Shown piece after piece: positions 6,441 to 14,029 of a stretch of DNA of 31,279 nucleotides; within the stretch, counting starts at the first letter, position 1; the number at the start of each line of letters is the position of its first letter. The position numbers and the translations under genes were made by a program. Under the pieces are notes generated by a model. That model did no database searches and was not told where the DNA came from. It saw only the letters and a list, made by a program, of their open reading frames with translations. The stretch is taken from the IMG/VR virus record IMGVR_UViG_2974515140_000001, positions 1 to 31,279 of that record; one strand, written 5' to 3'. Origin of the DNA: a virus. Its lineage: Duplodnaviria; Heunggongvirae; Uroviricota; Caudoviricetes; Ackermannviridae.

Positions 6441-9284
6441 ATGGCCAACAAACCAACACAGCCTCTTTTCCCTTTGGGTTTAGAAACTTCGGAGTCTTCG
6501 AACATAAAAGGCTTCAATAACTCCGGCATCATAGAGCATTCTCCTGGTGCGGTGTTGACGTTCCCTGAAGATACTGTTGTTGCAGGTCTTCCATCTTCTG
6601 TGCGTTACAATCCTGACAGTGATGAATTTGAAGGCTATTACGAAAACGGCGGGTGGTTGTCTTTGGGCGGCGGTGGAATACGCTGGGAAACGCTCCCACA
6701 CGCTCCCTCCAGCAATTTGTTAGAAGGTCGCGGTTATCTCATTAATAATACGACAGGGACTTCTACAGTGGTTCTCCCTTCCCCTACGCGCGTTGGTGAT
6801 TCAGTTACAATTTGTGATGCCTATGGGAAATTCGCGACGTATCCATTGACTGTATCCCCAGCAGGAAATAACCTGTACGGATCCACCGAAGATATGACGA
6901 TATCCACCGATAACGTGTCGGCGACTTTCACTTGGTCTGGTGCCGAGCAGGGTTGGGTTGTTACATCTGGTGTTGGCCTCGGTCAGGGGCGTGTCTACAG
7001 CCGCGAGATTTACACCCAGATTTTGGCGTCTATCACAAGTGAAGTCACTCTGAGTACTCCACCCACAATCGTTGACGTGTATGCTGACGGAAAACGTCTC
7101 ACAGAATCCAAATATTCATTAAATGAAAATGTGATCACTTTTAGTCCTTCTTTATCTGCCGGAACTGAACTTCAGGTGATAGAATACACTCCTATCCAAT
7201 TGGGTACTGGCGGCGGGGGTTCGGGCGCTTCTGTAATCACCTGGATTTATAATGGCGGCTCTGCTGTCGGTGGTGAGACTGAGATCACATTAGACGTCGT
7301 TGTTGATGATGTTCCGGCTATTGATATAAACGGGTCTCGCCAGTACAAAAATCTGGGATTCACATTTGATCCATTAACCAGCAAAATCACTCTTGCGCAG
7401 GAATTAGACGCAGGGGATGAAGTCGTTGTCATTATCAATGGAACGCCGAACATCTATAATCAGATTGATCGTTCTTTACAGGAAATTGCTCGTTCATCCA
7501 ATGTTAAAGATAGTGAAGTCATTTTAAGCACAAACACCACTCAGCCATTAAATGGGATGAAGGTAATTTATTCTGTATCTGAGCAGAAGTCTTATGGTCT
7601 ACCGGCATTACCTAATAATATCTACATACAGACAGTAGCTAACGGTAAGTTGGTATACAATCCTGGTTCTGTGGAAGTAGACCTACCCCTTTTACCCAAT
7701 GAGGAAACAACCAAAGAGTTGGTAGATTTTCGTAATAATATTACTTCTTCTACTGGTATTAGTGTAATTGGTGTGGGGCAAACTACGCTTGATAAAACTA
7801 TTTTCTGGGGTACTCCAGAACAATACGGTGGTGGTTTGGGGGGAGACGATACTGCGGCTATAGCAGCTTGCATAGCTAACCATAAACTTATGGTGCTATC
7901 CGACAAAACATATAACGCTACCGAAGTAGTATTAAACCCAGATACTTGTGTATGGGGTGTTGGCAAGACAAAAAGTATTATTAAAGCTTCTGCTCCAACA
8001 GGTTTCTTTTTCCAGGTAAGAGGCGCTGGCGGAGTGGGTTACTCTGGCGAAGTAAGTGGAATCGGGGTAGACGGTAACAGATTAGTAGACTGGACTGGTT
8101 ATTTTGGTGGAGATGCTACTACTACTGTAACCAAAGCAACTATTCGTAATAGTGCATTTCGTAATGGTATCAAAGCTAACGTTGTATTGGATGCCGTGCA
8201 GAATTCACTTTTCATGGACCTTGATGTTGCTAATGCTGTGGACTTTGAGGGTCAACGTGGTATTTACCTGGTAAACGGCGCAGGTAATAACATGATTATG
8301 AACCTTGAGTGCAGCGGCGGCTCTATCGGCAGCATAGTTATGGGACGAGACGCTGGTTTCCCTTGCTGGCCACTCAACACTTTTACTAGGAACAATACAA
8401 ACAACACAATTACCCGTTGTATTGGCGAGAGTATATCCGTAGAGGCAGTGTTGGCTAATCGTAAACGTTCTGTTCTTCTCGAGTACGCTAACTCAAACAC
8501 TTTTTCTGAGTGTGATTTGGTTACGCATGGTACATATGGAGACTGTGCGGTTAAGATAACGGATACATGCTCTTACAACACCTTTGACAACGTATCATTT
8601 GGTAGCAACCCTTCTGGTTCTATCCCTGCTATCATTAACCAAGGATTTAACACCCGTGTATTTGGTGGCAACATGGATGGCTTTGGTTCGCCAGAGATAA
8701 CCACAACCCAGGGAATAATGGTAAGAGATTGTCGAAACTTAGCAGGTGATTACGTAAAAGTACAAAACCTGGCTGGTAACACGAATGCTAATATCCAAGG
8801 TACTGTTAAATACAGTGAAACTTCTGGAGATACTTTACCAACATTCAACAATCCTAATGATATTGTATGTGATAATGATGGTCGTGTATGGGCTACTCGT
8901 GGCACTTCCTTCGGTGAATCTGTACAGTTCCTTACTGGGTATCAACGATCATATACTAATACGATGACCATAGACGCTGGTGTAGGTTCTACAGGATTAC
9001 AGTTGCCAGGATTTGGGGTGTACGAGATTGAAGTTGCACTGAAGGACAATGCAGATGGGTCTCATAGGGCCACCTTTGCAGCTCGCGTATCCTTCCACTC
9101 AGGTGTACAGTCACTGAATGAATCAACTATTACTGCAAACTTGGCAGCCACGGATGGGCAATTTAATACTCCTGCTATAGCTACATCAACTAGTGGTTTT
9201 GTTACTTTGAATGTAAATGTGTCATCTATTACATCAGCCACAATACGTATCAACCTAGTACGTAAAATTGACTTAGGCTTTTGA
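6441..9284 (+). CDS. TSP4: tailspike TSP4 (baseplate anchor and XD domains, TSP2-type head, beta-helix receptor-binding module), 947 aa
   Basis: N-terminus MANKPTQPLFPLGLETSESS... is the Kuttervirus TSP4 anchor. GGDDTAAIAAC is a beta-helix entry motif, followed by pectate-lyase-like repeats. Receptor specificity not identifiable. Confidence 0.9.
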   Translation: MANKPTQPLFPLGLETSESSNIKGFNNSGIIEHSPGAVLTFPEDTVVAGLPSSVRYNPDSDEFEGYYENGGWLSLGGGGIRWETLPHAPSSNLLEGRGYLINNTTGTSTVVLPSPTRVGDSVTICDAYGKFATYPLTVSPAGNNLYGSTEDMTISTDNVSATFTWSGAEQGWVVTSGVGLGQGRVYSREIYTQILASITSEVTLSTPPTIVDVYADGKRLTESKYSLNENVITFSPSLSAGTELQVIEYTPIQLGTGGGGSGASVITWIYNGGSAVGGETEITLDVVVDDVPAIDINGSRQYKNLGFTFDPLTSKITLAQELDAGDEVVVIINGTPNIYNQIDRSLQEIARSSNVKDSEVILSTNTTQPLNGMKVIYSVSEQKSYGLPALPNNIYIQTVANGKLVYNPGSVEVDLPLLPNEETTKELVDFRNNITSSTGISVIGVGQTTLDKTIFWGTPEQYGGGLGGDDTAAIAACIANHKLMVLSDKTYNATEVVLNPDTCVWGVGKTKSIIKASAPTGFFFQVRGAGGVGYSGEVSGIGVDGNRLVDWTGYFGGDATTTVTKATIRNSAFRNGIKANVVLDAVQNSLFMDLDVANAVDFEGQRGIYLVNGAGNNMIMNLECSGGSIGSIVMGRDAGFPCWPLNTFTRNNTNNTITRCIGESISVEAVLANRKRSVLLEYANSNTFSECDLVTHGTYGDCAVKITDTCSYNTFDNVSFGSNPSGSIPAIINQGFNTRVFGGNMDGFGSPEITTTQGIMVRDCRNLAGDYVKVQNLAGNTNANIQGTVKYSETSGDTLPTFNNPNDIVCDNDGRVWATRGTSFGESVQFLTGYQRSYTNTMTIDAGVGSTGLQLPGFGVYEIEVALKDNADGSHRATFAARVSFHSGVQSLNESTITANLAATDGQFNTPAIATSTSGFVTLNVNVSSITSATIRINLVRKIDLGF

Positions 9285-9291
9285 TTCCTAA

Positions 9292-9312
9292 ACCCCTACT
9301 GTTAAGTGGGGG
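9292..9312 (+). terminator. hairpin / putative intrinsic terminator after TSP4
   Basis: ACCCCTAC-TGTTAA-GTGGGGGT followed by ACTTTT. Confidence 0.55.
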
Positions 9313-9320
9313 TACTTTTA

Positions 9321-9411
9321 GAAAACAATGAGGTTGTTATGAACGAACTGTTTTCACAAGGTCGTGCGATATCAGCTAACAAAATCAGTAACTAGACACT
9401 TTGGAATATAA
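9321..9411 (+). pseudogene. relic 5' end of a TSP1-type tailspike gene (RBS + MNELFSQG...NK/SVTRHFGI*, frameshifted)
   Basis: GAAAACAATGAGGTTGTT ATG AAC GAA CTG TTT TCA CAA GGT parallels the TSP1 start GAAAAACAATGAGGTACTT ATG AAC GAA ATG TTT AGT CAA GGT (14011-14053). AGACACTTTGG is shared with 14099-14109. Confidence 0.85.
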
Positions 9412-9437
9412 TTCTCCTGTCGGTTCTTCTGTATAAC

Positions 9438-9474
9438 CTAAATACCCCATATTGGTCATCCTTTATGGGGTATT
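9438..9474 (+). promoter_or_regulatory. late promoter CTAAATA plus SD-occluding hairpin (TSP3)
   Basis: CTAAATA at 9438-44; AATACCCCATA (9441-51) / TATGGGGTATT (9464-74), an 11-bp stem. Confidence 0.8.
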
Positions 9475-9477
9475 ATC

Positions 9478-11574
9478 ATGATTTCTCAATTCAATCAACC
9501 ACGCGGCTCCACTTCCATAGAAGTTAACAAACAATCTATCGCTCGAAATTTCGGTGTCAAAGAAGACGAAGTCATTTATTTCACTGCTGGTATTGATCTC
9601 AGTGGATTTAAAGTAATTTATGATGAGTCTACCCAACGGGCTTATTCTCTTCCTTCAGGTATTGTTTCAGGAACGACTGCGATAAGTCTGAACGAACAAG
9701 CCATCCTCACTCATTCTTCTGGCTCTGTTGATCTCGGGGAATTAGCAGTAAGTCGCGAAGAATATGTGACTTTACCTGGTTCTTTTAATTTCGGCCATAC
9801 CATTAATGTGAAAAATGAACTTCTTGTTCACGATGATAAAAAATATCGATGGGATGGTTCACTTCCTAAAACTGTCGATGCTGGCTCAACACCTGAAACA
9901 TCTGGTGGCGTTGGTTTAGGTGCATGGTTGAGTGTTGGTGACGCAGCATTTAGGCAGGAAGCCAACAAAAAATTCAAATATTCAGTAAAGTTATCTGATT
10001 ATTCTACATTACAGGATGCAGCGACAGCAGCCGTAGATGGATTGCTTATTGATGTTGACTACACTTTTACTGCAGATGAGAGTGTAGATTTTAGCGGTAA
10101 AGTTTTAATCATTGAATGCAAAGGAAAATTCATTGGCGATGGTATGTTGGTTTGGAATGGTTTGGGTGCGGGTTCAGTAATTAAGAAACCGCACATGCAT
10201 ACTAAAACTACGCCGTATACTGTTTACCGATTCGATGCAAACGGTAATTGGGTTACAGACCCAACACAAGTTCTGGCATCTGTTCAGCAGCGTTTGGATG
10301 TTGGATATAAGCCAAATATTAACGATTTAGATATTTGGGACGACCTTCCTGATAATGTAAAAAATCAGGTTGCTGGTGCTACTTTGCGAATAATGAGCGG
10401 CGATAATATCATCGTAGAGAACCCAGAAGCTACATTTGGTGGTTATCTATTTACTTTATGTAATAGGATTCTTGTTAAGAATCCACGCAATTTTATTGCT
10501 TTGGAATCGGGTATTACATTTGAGAACCATCATACAACTGCATGGGGTACTGGCAACTGGGTTGTTGGGGGTGAGATTAAATATGGCTCTGGTTCCGCTG
10601 TACTGTTCATTCGCAATGATGGTGGTACAGACCATGATGGTGGAGTAAGGGATTTAATCTCATACCGTGTTGGAGAATCAGGTACTAAAACCTATCAGAA
10701 CGAAATTGGAGGTCGTTCAGCCAGGAACTACCGTTTAGTGTTCGACAATATAACTACAATCCAGTGTTACTATGATGGTATTGATGTTAATGCTGACACA
10801 GGGTCGCCAACTGAACGTGTGGATGACTACTCACTCGCAGAGTATCCATGGTTCCACCTACCTACTCAACATATCATCCGTAATATTATTACTCGTGATT
10901 GTATGGGGATTGGTGCTTGGTGGGATGGTCAGAAAAATATTATTGATAATGTTGTTACTTATGAGGCCCATAAGGAAGGCGTCTTCGATAGGGGTACTAA
11001 CAATGATATTACTAACATTACTGTAGTAGGTGCGAATAAGGATTTAACTAACCTAAATCAGATTACCTGTGAGGGAGGTAGTAGACTTCGTGGTATTAAC
11101 ATCCATGCATATACTACACAAGGTTACGCTATATACGCTCCGTCTTCAGAAGTAAGTAATGTTTCCTGTGCTGGTTCCGGTACTAAGAAATTACTATGTA
11201 CCTATATAAGCGATATTCAGGGAGGTAATATCAATGTTCAGCATAGTGCCAACCAAATGACACTTGCAATGCAACCTGCTATGGGTGGTACTACAAACCC
11301 ATCTTTGCTTATGACGGCAGATTGCCAGGTTGCTACACCAGGGGGTGAGGCAAGTATTGTCAAGCTTTCGGCAATTCAGGAGGGTGTACGTGTAGGTGAG
11401 TTTCAGCTTAACCGCTTAGGCTTTAAGCATATGAGTATACCTGCTGCCCCTTTACAATTACCAGAGAGCGCTCTGGAACATAATTCATCTATAGGATTCT
11501 TCTTCGGAAGTGACGGAGCATTGAGGTTGCTTGCTAAAAAACCAGATGGAAGTTATGTAACATACACACTTTAA
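9478..11574 (+). CDS. TSP3: tailspike TSP3, P22/Det7-family O-antigen endoglycosidase (698 aa)
   Basis: TSP3 head MISQFNQPRGSTSIEVNKQSIARNFG. Body resembles P22 tailspike (YSVKLSDYSTLQDAA.AAVDGLLID, KFIGDG). Catalytic-type motifs YRVGESG and YDGID are present; C-terminus LLAKKPDGS. Confidence 0.92.
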   Translation: MISQFNQPRGSTSIEVNKQSIARNFGVKEDEVIYFTAGIDLSGFKVIYDESTQRAYSLPSGIVSGTTAISLNEQAILTHSSGSVDLGELAVSREEYVTLPGSFNFGHTINVKNELLVHDDKKYRWDGSLPKTVDAGSTPETSGGVGLGAWLSVGDAAFRQEANKKFKYSVKLSDYSTLQDAATAAVDGLLIDVDYTFTADESVDFSGKVLIIECKGKFIGDGMLVWNGLGAGSVIKKPHMHTKTTPYTVYRFDANGNWVTDPTQVLASVQQRLDVGYKPNINDLDIWDDLPDNVKNQVAGATLRIMSGDNIIVENPEATFGGYLFTLCNRILVKNPRNFIALESGITFENHHTTAWGTGNWVVGGEIKYGSGSAVLFIRNDGGTDHDGGVRDLISYRVGESGTKTYQNEIGGRSARNYRLVFDNITTIQCYYDGIDVNADTGSPTERVDDYSLAEYPWFHLPTQHIIRNIITRDCMGIGAWWDGQKNIIDNVVTYEAHKEGVFDRGTNNDITNITVVGANKDLTNLNQITCEGGSRLRGINIHAYTTQGYAIYAPSSEVSNVSCAGSGTKKLLCTYISDIQGGNINVQHSANQMTLAMQPAMGGTTNPSLLMTADCQVATPGGEASIVKLSAIQEGVRVGEFQLNRLGFKHMSIPAAPLQLPESALEHNSSIGFFFGSDGALRLLAKKPDGSYVTYTL

Positions 11575-11589
11575 TTTATCTTGAGCAAA

Positions 11590-11609
11590 AACCCCGCTTT
11601 GGCGGGGTT
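11590..11609 (+). terminator. intrinsic terminator after TSP3
   Basis: AACCCCGC-TTTG-GCGGGGTT followed by CTTATT. Confidence 0.75.
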
Positions 11610-11647
11610 CTTATTATACCTTTGTTCATAAATTTTATTAGTTCAGA

Positions 11648-11685
11648 CTAAATACCCCATATTGGCAAATCCTTATGGGGTATTT
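11648..11685 (+). promoter_or_regulatory. late promoter CTAAATA plus SD-occluding hairpin (TSP2)
   Basis: CTAAATA at 11648-54; AAATACCCCATA (11650-61) / TATGGGGTATTT (11674-85), a 12-bp stem. Near-identical to the TSP3 leader. Confidence 0.8.
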
Positions 11686-11689
11686 TCAA

Positions 11690-13978
11690 ATGACCAGAAA
11701 TGTAGAAGAATTATTCGGCGGCGTAATCACAGCTCCCCACCAGATTCCTTTCACGTATAAATCAAATGTCGGTGGAGAAACTTTCCTTTCCTTGCCGTTC
11801 TATCCTGTCACTGGCGTAGTCACAATCAACGGTGGTATGCAAGTTCCGTTAGACAACTTTGAAATCGAAGGAAATACGTTGAATCTCGGGCGCGCATTGT
11901 CCAAAGGCGATGTTGTGTATTGCTTATTCGATAAAATTCTTTCGCCAGAAGATACAGCCAAAGGTATCCGCATATACAAATTTCAGGCCGTAGGAGGTGA
12001 AACCGAGTTCACTCCTGATTTCACATCTTATGGAGTCCAATCTCTTTATATCGGTGGTGAGTACAAAACACCCGAAATTGAATATTCCTATGACAGCACG
12101 ACAGGGAAAGTATCTTTGCAAACTGCACTGACTGCAGGCGTTTGGGTAGTCGCTGAAATGTCTGTTAAACAGCCGAATATCAGTCCGTTGTTTGACCGAA
12201 GTATTCAAGAAATCGCCCGTTCTGCTAATGTTAAAGACTCTGAAGTCATCGTTAGTACGGACACCATATCTTTGTTGGATGGGAAGAAAGTCGTATTTGA
12301 TGTAATTGCACAGAAATCATACGGATTACCTACATTACCTACTAACGTATTTATTTCTTCTGTTAATGGTAACCAATTAACATACAATCCTGGTGGGGTT
12401 GTTGTTGACCTGCTCCCTGCACCTAATGATGTAACTCCAGTGGAGAATGAGTTGCAGGCGTATAAAACGGCTATGGCTACTGATGGGGGAACGTTAGTAA
12501 ATTCTGGTTTATCTGGAGTTTCTTCTGCAATTAAGCGATCCATTGATAGCCATTTTAAAGACTACTACAACGTTAAAGATTTTGGTGCTGTGGGGGATGG
12601 TGTAACTGATGATACTGATGCTATTCAATTAGCGGTGGCATATCTTGGAGACTTAACCACTAAAACTATGTTTAGTAGGCCGTCTGTATTGTTTTTCCCT
12701 GATGGTGATTACTTAACTAGTAAGCCTATTATAGCATGGGATGGTGTTAGTATACGCGGTGCATCCCAATCCTCTACCAGGATTGGGATGACTTCTTCTA
12801 CTAATACTACAGAAGTCACTACTAACTCTCCTGTCAGGAATCTTCCGCGTAATGTTAACTGTATTATTGCAGTTTTCTCTTCTGTGGCAGGTTATCCGTA
12901 TAGAACTACTATCTCAGATATTCAACTGTATGGTATAGCTGGCACGACTGGAGTAACTACAGGTAAGGTAGTTCACGCAATCTATGCACCGGAAGCAGCA
13001 TTTCTAACCGTGGAAAGAGTACGTACTTGGTATACAAATTATGGCATTATGTCATATAACTTGTGGATGTGTTCTTTCCGAGACTTAGATTTACGTGAAC
13101 ATGCTGAATGGAGTTTCTTACTATCTAATGATGGTACGGGTGCGGGGGGTTCTACATCTATTTCCCTAGAACGAGTATATGGGCATACTAGTGAAGGGGG
13201 CATTAAACTATACGGAGCCAATTATTCTACACTGTCTTCCTGTGGAGTAGACGCAGCAGGTTCGTCTAATCCCTCCGCAGCGGATGCGGCATCTAAAGCC
13301 CCATATGTATTTGAAAGTTGTCAGGGTCTTGTAGCTAGTTCTTTAGGTGCAGAATCTATTTATACAAGACGTTGTATCTTTATTATTGGTGGGCATGTAA
13401 CCCTTAATGAGCCTGATTTATACGCTTGGCGTGGTGATGTTACTGGACGGCGTATGTATGGTATACACATTACTTCCAATGGTAACTTGGTCCTAAATGG
13501 TGGGCGACTCTGGGGTATTCAATTTAGTGCAGCATCCGCTACAGAGTGTTTTGCCATAGCACAGTCTGATGGTATTAACGGTTCTGTTCAATGCAATGGG
13601 TCATTAATTTCTGATGCTTCTGTTGATTCAGGTGGTACAGCGATTGGTAATATTTTCTTTGGTTCTCGTACTTATAGAGGTAGAACCATTCAGCAAGAGG
13701 CGGGAGTATCTAGATACCAGACTAATACTGTAACCCTTACTGCAAGTGTTACTACAGGTGATTTATTCTCATCTGGCTTAGATACTACAAGGTATACTGT
13801 AATAGATGCTGTAGCCCAAATGAACAGTAGTTCTCCTACCTTAGACCAAGCAAAATTGCATGTACAAGTTATGAATGTCAGTGCAAATAGTGCTCGAATT
13901 TGGATTATTAACCCAGATGGTACAGCTAATTTTACTGCCCAAAATTTACGTGTGACTTTTACTTATAGAGTAAATTAA
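11690..13978 (+). CDS. TSP2: tailspike TSP2 (XD domains, head, beta-helix), 762 aa from ATG 11690
   Basis: N-terminus MTRNVEELFGGVITAPHQIPF is Kuttervirus TSP2. NVKDFGAVGDGVTDDTDAIQ is a pectate-lyase-3-type entry motif. The start at 11690 is chosen by analogy with the GGGG-N7/8-ATG spacing of TSP3 and TSP4. Confidence 0.9.
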   Translation: MTRNVEELFGGVITAPHQIPFTYKSNVGGETFLSLPFYPVTGVVTINGGMQVPLDNFEIEGNTLNLGRALSKGDVVYCLFDKILSPEDTAKGIRIYKFQAVGGETEFTPDFTSYGVQSLYIGGEYKTPEIEYSYDSTTGKVSLQTALTAGVWVVAEMSVKQPNISPLFDRSIQEIARSANVKDSEVIVSTDTISLLDGKKVVFDVIAQKSYGLPTLPTNVFISSVNGNQLTYNPGGVVVDLLPAPNDVTPVENELQAYKTAMATDGGTLVNSGLSGVSSAIKRSIDSHFKDYYNVKDFGAVGDGVTDDTDAIQLAVAYLGDLTTKTMFSRPSVLFFPDGDYLTSKPIIAWDGVSIRGASQSSTRIGMTSSTNTTEVTTNSPVRNLPRNVNCIIAVFSSVAGYPYRTTISDIQLYGIAGTTGVTTGKVVHAIYAPEAAFLTVERVRTWYTNYGIMSYNLWMCSFRDLDLREHAEWSFLLSNDGTGAGGSTSISLERVYGHTSEGGIKLYGANYSTLSSCGVDAAGSSNPSAADAASKAPYVFESCQGLVASSLGAESIYTRRCIFIIGGHVTLNEPDLYAWRGDVTGRRMYGIHITSNGNLVLNGGRLWGIQFSAASATECFAIAQSDGINGSVQCNGSLISDASVDSGGTAIGNIFFGSRTYRGRTIQQEAGVSRYQTNTVTLTASVTTGDLFSSGLDTTRYTVIDAVAQMNSSSPTLDQAKLHVQVMNVSANSARIWIINPDGTANFTAQNLRVTFTYRVN

Positions 13979-13985
13979 TTTTTAC

Positions 13986-14001
13986 CCCCTCTTCGGAGGG
14001 G
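13986..14001 (+). terminator. cUUCGg hairpin between TSP2 and TSP1 (terminator or stabilising stem)
   Basis: CCCCTC-TTCG-GAGGGG followed by only TTTCT. Confidence 0.6.
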
Positions 14002-14029
14002 TTTCTCCTAGAAAAACAATGAGGTACTT

